In this document: in pieces, positions 39,121 through 58,714 of the stretch
How the letters are laid out: every line of letters starts with the position of its first letter
How positions within the stretch are numbered: the first letter of the stretch is position 1
Origin: Chrysemys picta bellii
Lineage: Eukaryota
Direction of reading: 5' to 3'
Length of the DNA: 64,000 nucleotides
Assembly: GCF_011386835.1 (NCBI RefSeq)
Contig: NC_088806.1
Coordinates: 1,612,001-1,676,000, forward strand
Translations under genes and position numbers: made by a program
Notes under the pieces: generated by a model
Seen by the model: the letters and a program-made list of their open reading frames with translations, nothing else
Told to the model about the DNA's origin: nothing
Database searches by the model: none

Positions 39121-40649
39121 AGGAGCCGAAAACGAGACGATCACAAGTTAAAGTGACTCAGAGCTGCGCCAAGCAATGGTCACATGAGCAGCCTGGCCAG
39201 TGCTCCAAGGGGCAGGCTCCCCCCCAACCTGTGCTCCTCCTTCCCCCGACATTCAGGGTGCGAAACTGCCCCCCCCTCCCTCCCGCATCTCTCCCAGGAG
39301 ATAGTGTAAGCCTTTCGAATACGTTGGTTCCTCTAATTTGCCTGCTTGGATCAGAGTTGAGCTAGCTAATGGTGCTAGCCCAATCTGTAAGTTTCAGCGC
39401 CAGGGTCCTGTTGAAACACTGAAAGGATCGTTGTTAGACTTCAGAGTCAACGGGCCATTGAGATGGCTGGGGTCTCTCTGGGCCGGTAGGAGGGGAAAGA
39501 TGCTGTAAGCCACTTACACGCCACTTCTCATGTTCCCCTGTGGGGGACACAGAATTTCTGCCCACCTTGCAGAGTGCAGGCATGGCTGCGTCAGTCACAC
39601 TGCGGGCAGCTCCCTCCTCTGAGACAGATGAGCTCAGGCTCTCTGCACAGTCAGGCAGCATCACTTAGTCAGTTACGCTCAGGGCAGCCCCACATGTGTT
39701 GCTCAGGACTGGCTCGGGGTTCCGCCCTGGCCCAGCCCATCAGCCTCCCTGCCTTGAATGAAAGAAACGCCAGTCCACATCCAGAGAGGCTAGTTCGCTG
39801 CTTTCTCTTTTAATAGTGCACAGAATCACTTTACAAAAGAAATCCCCCTTCCCCAAAAATAAAGAATCCTAAATACAGAGGCAGTTCAACACTTGGGATC
39901 TTGGTTTTTTGGCAACACGTTTGTGTGTTTGTTTTTGGAGTGACCCTACTTTAAATCCATTGTCCTTGTCCTTTGTTCTACAGCCCCGGGAGCTTCCTCA
40001 GCAGAGCCCATGCCCTGGCCCGGTGGCAAAGCGACTTGCCTTGACTGGCTGGAAAGAAAGGTAATTTGAGGAACAATCCTTCACTTGTCTCTGGATCCCA
40101 AAGCGCCGCAGGGACAGCTGTCCGGCCTCGCCATTGCTGCGGTGCGGCGAGAGGGGAAACCAAGGCACCAAGAGATGAAGCGACCTGCTCGGGGTTGCAC
40201 AGTGAAGCAGGGGTGGAGCTGGGATAGAACCAAGGAGTCCTGACTCCCCGTCTCCATTGCTGTAAGCACCAGACCATACTTCTCACCCCACCCCAGAGCT
40301 GGGGACAAAACCCAGGAATCCCAACTCCGAGCACCCCCCTGATCTAACCACTAGTTATCACTTCCCTCCCAGAGCTAGGGATAGAACCTAGGAGTCCAGA
40401 GTATGACCACGCCCGCCCCCCCCCCCCCGCTCCAGAAATGCAAAAAGAAACTAAGAAGCCACCTCTCCACAAAGCTGCCAAAATCACCTCCAAATCGATT
40501 GGCTTTTGTTTGTGTAGCTGCCTGCATGTGGCGAGATAAGGAGTCCCTCCATCTTAATAGAGGATATAACACTCGTGTGTGGGGCAGGGGGTTATGGTAC
40601 CACAAATCCTCGCCTTGTCCTTTGGGATAGGAATGGAGTGAGGGCAGAC

Positions 40650-40781
40650 TAGGGTGACCAGATGTCCTGCTTTTATAGGGACAGTCCCAATTTTTGGGGT
40701 CTTTTTCTTATATAGGCTCCTAGTACCCCCCCCCCCCCACCTCCTGTCCCCATTTTCCACATTTGCTGTCTGGTCGCCCTA
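40650..40781. mobile_element. hAT MITE with perfect 8-bp TSD
   Basis: TIR TAGGGTGACCAGA...TCTGGTCGCCCTA; TSD GGGCAGAC at 40642-40649 and 40782-40789. Confidence 0.92.
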
Positions 40782-41108
40782 GGGCAGACATAAGGCCCCG
40801 AGGCAGAATTTTCGTTCTGTGGGAAATGTGGTCATTTTGAAATCCCTTTTCCTTCCAGATCAGAATGAAAAGCAAAGACTTTCTAACTTCCCTGCTAAGT
40901 GAAGCTTGAGGAAATCATTGCATTATGCTAAATGTTTGTTTCAATTTTGACTTTTGATTTTTTTCACATTATAATTTACGCCATAGAAGAATAAAACATC
41001 TCTATAATTACAATTTAGATCATCGAAGATGAAACATTTCATTTCAACCTGACAGTTTCAGAGTTAGATAATTTCGAAGATAATCATGATGCTGGTATTT
41101 ATGATATA

Positions 41109-41277
41109 CACTGGACCCTCGCTAGAACGCGCGTCTATATAGCGTGAATTCGCATATAACGCAGTCGCGGCCATGGATCCCAAATTTAATTAATTGCAAT
41201 TCATTTTAATGCAGTCCCCACTATAACGCGGTACCACACATGGATCCCAAATCCCGCCTTCTAGCCAGGGTCCCGTG
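41109..41277. mobile_element. Tc1/mariner (pogo/Tigger-like) MITE with TA TSD
   Basis: Imperfect TIRs CACTGGACCCTCGCTAGAACGCG and reverse complement CACGGGACCCTGGCTAGAAGGCG; TA on both sides. Confidence 0.8.
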
Positions 41278-44088
41278 TATTTGTAATCAGTCTAAAATTG
41301 AAAAAAGCCAGAATGTATCATAAATAATAGTATTTTAGAATGGAAATTGATAGTTCAATCTCAAATTGAAAAAAGTCTGATTGAAAACATGTTTGTTTAA
41401 GATTTGCTCATAAATTATATGTAAGCTTGGGAGAATTTGTTAATAATTTTGACAGATAATATCTTTATTTTTAGGCATTTTTATATATTATTGGTTTAAA
41501 TGTTCACAATTGCACAAAATTATGGATTTTTTTTTTCAATTTTTATTGCTCTAAATTTTCACAGTTGCGAGAAATTATGGAGGGTCAGACAATAATTAAT
41601 GACAGTAGAGGCTGAGATTCAAAAAGTTAAAGCTTTATAACTGTTAAAACGTAAATTGTCAACATCATGTGAAAATATACAAAGTAAATACCCTTCAACT
41701 CGAATAAGTTCTCAAGTCACATTTTTCTCACTTTGTCTATCTGTAAACGTTGACTATCATTGATGGAAATATTTTTTCCTTGGTTTGTTTGTGGCTGGTG
41801 AAATCCATGTTGACCAACATTTACCAATAAATATCAAATCCTTATTTATAATACCTATTATAATCTAAAATAAAAAAAACATTGTGTTTGAAGTTTGGCC
41901 TTTTTGTTTAAATATTATAATTTATAATATATCATAAATAGCATTATATATAATTATACTCTGTATGAGCTAAAAATTTGATTGAAACAAGTTTCTAATG
42001 ATCTGATGGTTATATGTAAACACAAAAAGTCAAAATTGAAACAGTGTTCTTATTTTAGCTGAAGAATTTAAAAAAAATGTGAGGTTATATTTTTATTTAT
42101 AATATATAATAATCATATCGGTCTAGTTACTAATATCATCTACATTTTTAAAAATCTGTCTAGCTAAAGTAGAAACATTGATTTTGAGTTTATTTTGACA
42201 GATGATGATCATGTATAATCTAAGCTGAAATAAAACAATTTGAAGTGAAAACTCCAAAGGTTGCGCTGAAAAGAAATGTCGGCCAACCAGACGCCTGCTT
42301 GTGGGAAGTTGCCATTTGCACCAAACAGCATTTTTGGATGGAAAAAACAGTCCCTTGGGCAACCGCTGTGCAGGTCGGCCGGGAAGGGGCGTGGAGCAGC
42401 CCCGGGGCTAGATTTTTTTGGTGCCTACCTGCTATGCTAGGAAACAAGGTGAGTGCTCTGGTGTGTGGGGAGGTGGCTGTGCATTTCACATGTGTTAGCA
42501 GCTCAAACCCCAATCCCAAGACTCCGTCCCGGGCCCGGATGACTGCTAGCACATGTTCTGCGTTCGGAGCCACCCATGTGTTCAGAACACCGCGTCCTAG
42601 TGAAAACGTGGCCAGAGTGTGAAGCGCCTCATGGGCTGGGAGGATCAATGGGGCCAGCCTCCATGTCCTGCTGTCTGCGTGTGTCAAAGCAAAGCCGCGT
42701 GCACATGTTGGCTACCGGGGCTAGCGAAGAGTGCTGCCCCGTGTGCCGAATGGGCGGAGAGCGGGAGATCTGGCCATGTGGGCCTTGCAACCAGAGCGGC
42801 ATGGCTGAGGCCTGTCTGGGGGAAGCGGAGGCACAGAGGGGTGAAAGTGGCTTGCCTGAGGTCACACACTGCGTCAGGGACAAAGCTGGGCATAGAACCC
42901 AGGAGTCCTAGCTCCTAGCCCCCCTGCTCTAACCCACCAGACCCCATTGCCTTCCCAGAGCCGGGGAGAGAACCCAGGAGTCCTGGCTCCCAGCCCCCCT
43001 GCTCTAACCACCAGCCCCCACTCCCTTCTCAGAGCCGGGGAGAGAACCCAGGAGTCCTGGCTCCCAGCCCCCCCTGCTCTAACTCACCAGCCCCCACTCC
43101 CCTCCCAGAGCCGGGGAGAGAACCCAGGAGTCCTGGTTCCCAGCCTCCCCTGCTGTAACCACCTCCCAGCCGTCCACTACAGAGCAGTGAATCCAGCTGC
43201 ATTTAAAATAACCCTCTGCTTTCCATCTTCTCTGAAACCGCGTCTGGAAGAGAGACCAACCCCGTTCTAAACCGGCGAACCCCGAATTGAAACCGGAACC
43301 TCCCCCCCCCGCCCCTCCCGGGAGAATCATTTGCCTTTGAAATAGATCAGGGCAGAAAGGAAGGGGCAGAGGCTGCTTTATGCTTTATTTCTCTATATAA
43401 ATTACCCCCCCAAGCCCCGCCCCAGCATAAATATTTTGCAAAGCAGTTTCATCATCTCCTTACACTTGAGACAGCCTCCCATCCCCTGGTGAGTTAATTA
43501 AATACGTAGAGGGGGCGGGAGAACCAGGCGTCCTGGCGGTTGGGGTCCGGAGAGCGCGCCAGCATCCCAAGTCGGTCCTGCCGTCTGTCTAAAAACACTA
43601 ATGGGACTTGGCGGCTGAGGAGAAGGACTGTACCCACTGTGGGGCCAGAGGGGAGACATTGAGGAGTCAGTGGGGCAGCCGGGGGGGGGGGGGGGTCAGT
43701 TTTGTTCTGTAACCCCCCCCATCTGTCAAACCTGGCCACCCCAGTCTTGTCCCTCTTCCCTCCAGAAAGGCAGCGGTGTGGGTGCGCCTGGCACCGGTAA
43801 CACCTTGTTGTGACCCTCACCCTAGATCCGGTCCAGGGGCAGCGGAAAGGGGGCGATGGTCCATCACCGCTGGGCGTCCTCCCCCCTTTACCTCCGATCC
43901 AGGCCTCGCTCGCAGTCCGGCATCCCCGGCCCAGCCGACCGGCTCTTTCCAGCTGGGGGCGCCATGGGATGGCCCCCACAGGAGACCGGAGGGGTCAAAG
44001 GCCAGCAATTCACCCCCTCCGCCCCACCCCGGCCGCAGGGGCCTGCTGTCCCTGGCTGGCCCAAGGCAGTGCGGCCGTGGCCCCGGCG

Positions 44089-50898
<6,810 letters not shown>

Positions 50899-51094
50899 CT
50901 TCCCTCGGCCCAGGTCCGGGGGCGCGCGGGGAGCCCACCAGGGGGCGCTGCTGGGGGCAGTGACAGAGAGTTAGAGAGGGAGGGGATGGGGCCCTTTCCC
51001 CGCTGGGAGGTAGTGGTGAGCGGGGGAGCCAGGATGCCTGGGTTCTCTCCCCAACCAGACACAGACAAGCCAGACCCACCACTCTGATCCCCCT

Positions 51095-53620
51095 GGCCCC
51101 CGGGTTCTATGCCCCCTACACCCGCAGGCCACAACTCCCCAGACTCCTGGGTTCTATGCCCCCTACACCCGCAGGCCAGAACCCCCCTGGCCCCCTGGTT
51201 CTATGCCCCCTACACCCGCAGGCCACAACCCCCCGGACTCCTGGGTTCTATGCCCCCTACACCCGCAGCCCAGAACCCCGCGGACTCCTGGGTTCTATGC
51301 CCCCTACACCCGCAGGCTAGAACCCCCCCGGCCCCCTGGGTTCTATCCCCCCTACACCTGCAGGCCAGAACCCCCCGAACTACTGGGTTCTATGCCCCCA
51401 ATACCCGCAGGCCAGAACCCCCCTGGCCCCCTGGTTCTATGCCCCCTACACCCGCAGGCCACAACCCCCCGGACTCCTGGGTTCTATCCCCCCTACACCC
51501 GCAGGCCACAACTCCCCAGACTCCTGGATTCTATGCCCCCTACACCCGCAGGCCAGAACCCCCCTGGCCCCCTGGTTCTATGCCCCCTACACCCGCAGGC
51601 CACAACCCCACGGACTCCTGGGTTCTATGCCCCCTACACCCGCAGGCCACAACCCCCCGGACTCCTGGGTTCTATGCCCCCTACACCCGCAGCCCAGAAC
51701 CCCCCGGACTCCTGGGTTCTATGCCCCCTACACCCGCAGGCTAGAACCCCCCTGGCCCCCTGGGTTCTATCCCCCCTACACCTGCAGGCCAGAACCCCCT
51801 GAACTACTGGGTTCTATGCCCCCTACACCCGCAGGCCACAACCCCCCGGACTCCTGGGTTCTATGCCCCCTACACCCGCAGGCCAGAACCCCCCGGCTCT
51901 CTGGGTTCTATGCCCCCTACACCCGCAGGCTAGAACCCCCCCGGCCCCCTGGGTTCTATCCCCCCTACACCTGCAGGCCAGAACCCCCCGAACTACTGGG
52001 TTCTATGCCCCCAATACCCGCAGGCCAGAACCCCCCTGGCCCCCTGGTTCTATGCCCCCTACACCCGCAGGCCACAACCCCCCGGACTCCTGGGTTCTAT
52101 CCCCCCTACACCCGCAGGCCACAACTCCCCAGACTCCTGGATTCTATGCCCCCTACACCCGCAGGCCAGAACCCCCCTGGCCCCCTGGTTCTATGCCCCC
52201 TACACCCGCAGGCCACAACCCCACGGACTCCTGGGTTCTATGCCCCCTACACCCGCAGGCCACAACCCCCCGGACTCCTGGGTTCTATGCCCCCTACACC
52301 CGCAGCCCAGAACCCCCCGGACTCCTGGGTTCTATGCCCCCTACACCCGCAGGCTAGAACCCCCCTGGCCCCCTGGGTTCTATCCCCCCTACACCTGCAG
52401 GCCAGAACCCCCTGAACTACTGGGTTCTATGCCCCCTACACCCGCAGGCCAGAACCCCCCGGACTCCTGGGTTCTATGCCCCCTACACCCGCAGGCCAGA
52501 ACCCCCCCGGCTCCCTGGGTTCTATGCCCCCTACACCCGCAGGCCAGAACCCCCCGGAATCCTGGGTTCTATGCCCCCTACACCCGCAGGCCAGAACCCC
52601 CCGGACTCCTGGGTTCTATCCCCCCCTACACTCGCAGGCCAGAACCCCCTGGACTCCTGGGTTCTATGCCCCCTACACCCGCAGGCCAGAACCCCCCGGA
52701 CTCCTGGGTTCTATCCCCCCTACACCCGCAGGCCAGAACCCCCCCGGACTCCTGGGTTCTATTCCCCCTACACCTGCAGGCCAGAACCCCCCCGGCCTCC
52801 TAGGTTCTATGCCCCCTACAGCCGCAGGCCAGAACCCCCCGGACTCCTGGGTTCTATCTCCCCTACACCCGCAGGCCAGAACCTCCCCGCCCCGGACTCC
52901 TGGGTTCTATCCCCCCCACACCCGCAGGCCAGAACCCCCCCCCCGGACTCCTGGGTTCTATGCCCCCTACACCCACAGGCCAGAACCCCCCCCCCGGCCT
53001 CCTGGGTTCTATGCCCCCCACACCCACAGGCCAACCCCCCTGGACTCCTGGGTTCTATCCCCCCTACACCCGCAGGCCAGAACCCCCCGGACTCCTGGGT
53101 TCTATCCCCCCCTACACCCGCAGGCCAGAACCCCCCCAGACTCCTGGGTTCTATTCCCCCCCCACCCGCAGGCCAGAGCCCCCCAGACTCCTGGGTTCTA
53201 TCCCCCCACACACCCACAGGCCAGAACCCCCCAGACTCCTGGGTTCTATCCCCCTTACACCCACATGCCAGAGCCCCCCGCCCGGACTCCTGGGTTCTAT
53301 CCCCCCCCACACCCGCAGGCCAGAACCTCGCGGACTCCTGGGTTCTATCCCCCCCTACACCCGCAGGCCAGAACCCCCCGGACTCCTGGGTTCTATCCCC
53401 CCCTACACCCGCAGGCCAGAACCCCCCGGACTCCTGTCTTCTATCTCCCCCACACCCGCAGGCCAGAACCCCCCGGACTCCTGTCTTCTATCTCCCCCAC
53501 ACCCGCAGGCCAGAACCCCCCCGGCTCCCTGGGTTCTATCCCCCCCCCACACCCGCAGGCCAGAACCCCCCGGACTCCTGGGTTCTATGCCCACCACACC
53601 CGCAGGCCAGAACCCCCGTC
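51095..53620. repeat. ~47-bp minisatellite with a ~613-bp block duplication
   Basis: Unit GGACTCCTGGGTTCTATGCCCCCTACACCCGCAGGCCAGAACCCCCC shares GGACTCCTGGGTTCT with family B. Identical translated blocks start at 51627 and 52240. Confidence 0.9.
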
Positions 53621-53984
53621 TGAACTGTCGGACTCCTGCTACCCCTGGCGGGGGGTGGTGCATTTGGGGTGATGTGGAGGGCGGAAGGGTTGGTGTGGGT
53701 TGGCAGAACGTGACAGGGAGCGGAGGGGGGAGACCCACGGCACCTGGGGTGAGCGTGGCTCCTGCGCGGCCCGGGGACGAGTTATCCGGGGGGGCAGGAG
53801 TGGGGGGCGGGGGGCATGTCTGGCCAGTGCCGATGCGGGTCCCCCGGCGCTGCTCCGGGCTGAGCTCAGGGGGGTCTCCGGTCCATGCTCGGCGTCGGGT
53901 GCTGCCCCGGCAGATCAGGGATCCTCTACGGGCCTGGGGGAGAGAGGGGGGTCACAGGGGCCTGGGGTCCCATCCCCTGCCCCA

Positions 53985-55250
53985 TGGCCCCCAACAATTG
54001 CCCCGTGCCCCTCAGTGACCCCCATCCCCTGCCCCACAGCCCCCAACAATCACCCCGTGCCCCTCGGTGACCCCCAGCGCCCCATCCCCTGACCCACAGC
54101 CCCCAACAATTGCCCCGTGTCCCTCAGTTACCCCCAGTGCCCCATCACCTGCCCCACAGCCCCCAACAATCACCCCCTGCACCCCAACACCTGTCCCACA
54201 GCCCCCAACAATCGCCCCATGCCCCTCGGTGACCCCCAGCACCTGCCCCATGGCGCCCAACAATCGCCCCGTGCCCCTCGGTGACCCCCAGTGCCCCATC
54301 TCCTGCCCCACAGCCCCCAACAATCAACCCCAGCGCCCCATCCCCTGCCCCACAGCCCCCAACAATCGCCCCGTACCCCTCAGTGACCCCCAGTGCCCCA
54401 TCACCTGCCCCACAGCCCCCAACAATTGCCCCGTGCCTCTCGGTGACCCCCATCCTCTGCCCCACAGCCCACAACAATCACCCCGTGCCCCTCGGTGACC
54501 CCCAGCGCCCCATCCCCTGCCCCACAGCCCCCAACAATTGCCCCGTGTCCCTCAGTTACCCCCAGTGCCCTATCACCTGCCCCACAACAATCCCCCCTGC
54601 ACCCCAGCACCTGCCCCACAGCCCCCCAACAATCGCCCCGTGCCCCTCGGTGACCCCCATCCTCTGCCTCACAGCCGCCAACAATCACCCCGTGCCCCTC
54701 GGTGACCCCCAGTGCCCCATCCCCTGCTCCACAGCCCCCAACAATCGCCCCGTGCCCCTCGGTGACCCCCATCCCCTGCCCCACAGCCCCCAACAATCAC
54801 CCTGTACCCCTCGGTGACCCCCAGCATCCCATCCCCTGCCCCACAGCCCCCAACAATCACCCCCTACCCATCGGTGACCCCCAGCGCCCCATCCCCTGCC
54901 CCACAGCCCCCAACAATCGCCCTGTGTCCCTCAGTGACCCCCAGCACTCCATCACGTGCCCCACAACCCCCAACAATCGCCCCGTGCCCCTCAGTGCCCC
55001 AAAGTGCCCCAGCACCTGCCCAACAGCCCCCAACAATCGCCCTGTGTCCCTCAGTGACCCCCATCCCCTGCCCCACAGCCCCGAACAATCACCCCGTGCC
55101 CCTCAGTGACCCCCAGCGCCCCATCCCCTTCCCCACAGCCCCCAACAATTGCCCCGTGCCTCTCGGTGACCCCCATCCTCTGCCCCACAGCCCACAACAA
55201 TCACCCCGTGCCCCTCGGTGACCCCCAGCGTCCCATCCCCTGCCCCACAA
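53985..55250. repeat. C-rich minisatellite (CCCCACAGCCCCCAACAATCGCCCCGTGCCCCTCGGTGACCCC)
   Basis: Repeated units visible throughout the interval. Confidence 0.9.
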
Positions 55251-55329
55251 CCCTGCCCCCATCCCCGTGATCATGGCTGGAGCCCCTTGCTGGAGCCCAG
55301 TGCGCACCCCCAGCCCCACAGTTTCCCCT

Positions 55330-58050
55330 CCCTCCCAATCTCCCCCTCCCTATCTACCCCTTTGCAACCCCCCACATCTGCCACCCCACCCCTCCCAGGC
55401 CGCATCCATCCCAAACGTCCCCTTCCCCTCTCCTCCCAACCCCTCCCCGCATCCCTTCATCCATCCATCCCTCCCCTTCCCAGCCCCAGCCCCCCACATC
55501 CTCCCATCCCTCCCCTCCCAACCCCTCCCCTCATCCCTCCATCCCTCCCCTTCCCAGCCCCAGCCCCCCACATCCTCCCATCCCTCCCCTCCCAACCCCT
55601 TCCCTCATCCCTCCATCCCTCCCCTTCCCAGCCCCAGCCCTCCCAGCCCCCCACATCCTCCCATCCCTCACCTCCCAACCCCTCCCCGCATCCCTCCATC
55701 CCTCCCCTTCCCAGCCCCAGCCCTCCCAGCCCCCCATATCCTCCCCTCCCAACCCCTCCCCGCATCCCTCCATCCCTCCCCTTCCCAGCCCCAGCCCCCC
55801 ACATCCTCCCCTCCCAACTCCTCCCCGCATCCCTCCATCCCTCCCCTTCCCAGCCCCAGCCCTCCCAGCCCCCCACATCCTCCCATCCCTCCCCTCCCAA
55901 CCCCTCACCTCATCCCTCCATCCCTCCCCTTCCCAGACCCAGCCCTCCCAGCCCCCCACATCCTCCCATCCCTCCCCTCCCAACCCCTCACCTCATCCCT
56001 CCATCCCTCCCCTTCCCAGCCCCAGCCCTCCCAGCCCCCCACATCCTCCCATCCCTCCCCTCCCAACCCCTCCCCGCATCCCTCCATCCCTCCCCTTCCC
56101 AGCCCCAGCCCTCCCAGCCCCCCACATCCTCCCCTCCCAACTCCTCCCCGCATCCCTCCATCCCTCCCCTTCCCAGCCCCAGCCCTCCCAGCCCCCCACA
56201 TCCTCCCATCCCTCCCCTCCCAACCCCTCACCTCATCCCTCCATCCCTCCCCTTCCCAGCCCCAGCCCTCCCAGCCCCCCACATCCTCCCATCCCTCCCC
56301 TCCCAACCCCTTCCCTCATCCCTCCATCCCTCCCCTTCCCAGCCCCAGCCCTCCCAGCCCCCCACATCCTCCCATCCCTCACCTCCCAACCCCTCCCCAC
56401 ATCCCTCCATCCCTCCCCTTCCCAGCCCCAGCCCTCCCAGCCCCCCATATCCTCCCCTCCCAACCCCTCCCCGCATCCCTCCATCCCTCCCCTTCCCAGA
56501 CCCAGCGCTCCCAGCCCCCCACATCCTCCCATCCCTCCCCTCCCAACCCCTCCCCACATCCCTCCATCCCTCCCCTTCCCAGCCCCCCACATCCTCCCAT
56601 CCCTCCCCTCCCAACCCCTCCCCACATCCCACCATCCCTCCCCTTCCCAGACCCAGCGCTCCCAACCCCCCACATCCTCCCATCCCTCCCCTCCCAACCC
56701 CTCCCCACATCCCACCATCCCTCCCCTTCCCAGCCCCAGCGCTCCCAGCCCCCCACATCCTCCCATCCCTCCCCTCCCAACCCCTCCACTCACCCCTCCA
56801 TCCCTCCCCTTCCCAGCCCCCCACATCCTCTCATCCCTCACCTCCCAACCCCTCCCCGCATCCCTCCATCCATCCTTCCCTCCATCCCTCCCCTTCCCAG
56901 CCCCAGCCCTCCCAGCCCCCCACATCCTCCCATCCCTCACCTCCCAACCCCTCCCCGCATCCCTCCATCCATCCTTCCCTCCATCCCTCCCCTTCCCAGC
57001 CCCCCAGGCCCCCCTTCCCAGCCCCAGCGCTCCCAGCCCCCCACATCCTCCCATCCCTCCCCTCCAAACCCCTCCCCACATCCCTCCATCCATCCTTCCC
57101 TCCATCCCTGCCCTTCCCAGACCCCCAGGTCCCCCTTCCCAGCCCCAGCGCTCCCAGCCCCCCACATCCTCCCCTCCCAGACCACCACATCCTCCCATCC
57201 CTCCCCTCTGAACCCCTCCCCGCATCCCTCCATCCCTCCCCTTCCCAGCCCCCCAGACTCCCCTTCCCAGCCCCAGCGCTCCCAGCCCCCCACATCCTCC
57301 CAACCCCTCCAGCCCTCCCCTTCCCAGGCCCCCAGCCCCAGCGCTCCCAGCCCCCCACATCCTCCCAGAACTCCCCTCCCAGCCCTCCACATCCTCCCAG
57401 AACTCCCCTCCCAGCCCTCCACATCCAGCCCCCCAGACCCCCTTCCCAACCCCAGTCCTCCCAACCCCCCACATCCTCCCATCCCTCCCCTCCCAGCCCT
57501 CCACATCCTCCCAGACCTCCCCTCCCAGTCCTCCACATCCAGCCCCCCAGACCCCCTTCCCAACCCCAGTCCTCCCAACCCCCCACATCCTCCCATCCCT
57601 CCCCTCCCAGCCCTCCACATCCTCCCAGACCTCCCCTCCCAGTCCTCCACATCCAGCCCCCCAGACCCTCTTCCCAATCCCAGTCCTCCCAACCCCCCAC
57701 ATCCTCCCATCCCTCCCCTCCCAGCCCTCCACATCCTCCCAGACCTCCCCTCCCAGTCCTCCACATCCAGCCCCCCAGACCCCGTTCCCAACCCCAGTCC
57801 TCCCAACCCCCCACATCCTCCCATCCCTCCCCTCCCAGCCCTCCACATCCTCCCAGACCTCCCCTCCCAGTCCTCCACATCCAGCCCCCCAGACCCTCTT
57901 CCCAATCCCAGTCCTCCCAACCCCCTACATCCTCCCATCCCTCCACATCCAGCCCCCCGACCTCCCTTCCCAGCCCAGCACTCCCAACCCCCCCACATCC
58001 ACCCTGCCCTCCCCTCCCAACCGCCCACATCCTCCCATCCCTCCCCTCCC
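55330..58050. repeat. ~2.7-kb extremely C-rich (G-rich on minus strand) low-complexity array
   Basis: CCCCCACATCCTCCCATCCCTCCCCTCCCAACCCCTCCCCGCATCCCTCCATCCCTCCCCTTCCCAGCCCCAG units. Confidence 0.95.
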
Positions 58051-58089
58051 AACCCCCCCAGCGCCCCGTTTCCATCGCTCCCGCCTCAC

Positions 58090-58270
58090 CCCCCCGCAGG
58101 TCCCCCCGGCCCCGCCCGCCCCCCGGTACCTGCCCGGCCCGGCTCCCCCGGCTCCGCTAGCCCCATCCCGCTGCCGCTGACGCAGCGTCCAAGACACGCG
58201 GCGCCTCCCCCCGAGCCGAGCAGCCGGGGATGGAGAAACGAGGGGGGGGAGACAGCGGCGCCCCTCACCC
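58090..58270 (-). promoter_or_regulatory. Probable NYAP1 promoter / non-coding first exon
   Basis: CpG-rich, non-repetitive island with a candidate donor GGGCAG|GTACCG near 58128; divergent from TSC22D4, as in mammals. Confidence 0.45.
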
Positions 58271-58714
58271 CTCACATACAGCCCCCCCCGCCGGTGCCCC
58301 CCACTCCCGACCTGCAGCCCCCCCCCCGCCGGTGCCCCTCACTCCCGACCTGCAAACCCCCCCCCCCACACCCTGCAGGTTCCTCTCACTCCTGACCTGC
58401 AGCCCCCCCACACCCTTCTGGTGCCCCTCACTCCCGACCTGCAACCCCCCCCCTCGCCCCGCCGGTGCCCCTCATTCCTGACCTTCAACCCCCCCCCCCC
58501 CGCCCTGCCGGTGCCCCTCAATCTTCCCCCCACCATGGGCTGCTGGCTGAACTGTATTCGAACCCCGCCCAGCGATCTCCTGAGCCTGTAAAGTGCCCGG
58601 GGGGGGGGGGGGGGGGGATCATATGTCCTTAGTGCCTGGAACATGGAAAGGGCATTTCCCGACCCATGGACTAAGCATCTGAGGCTGCTGTCAGAGCTCA
58701 TACATCACCCAGCA

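Noticed and set aside
53745-53935. Possible extra NYAP1 coding exon (MDRRPPELSPEQ...)
   Set aside because: The splice signals are plausible, but joining it to the ~50951 acceptor gives a frame that stops at 50888, out of frame with NYAP1. At most a 5' UTR exon with a uORF; unsupported.
51109-54018. Multiple 160-400-aa Pro-rich ORFs
   Set aside because: Products of the ~47-bp minisatellite.
55218-58395. 980-aa and 1042-aa proline-rich ORFs (and antisense Gly/Trp-rich ORFs)
   Set aside because: They are translations of a C-rich low-complexity array that cannot form stop codons easily, lying antisense within a probable NYAP1 intron; no domain content.
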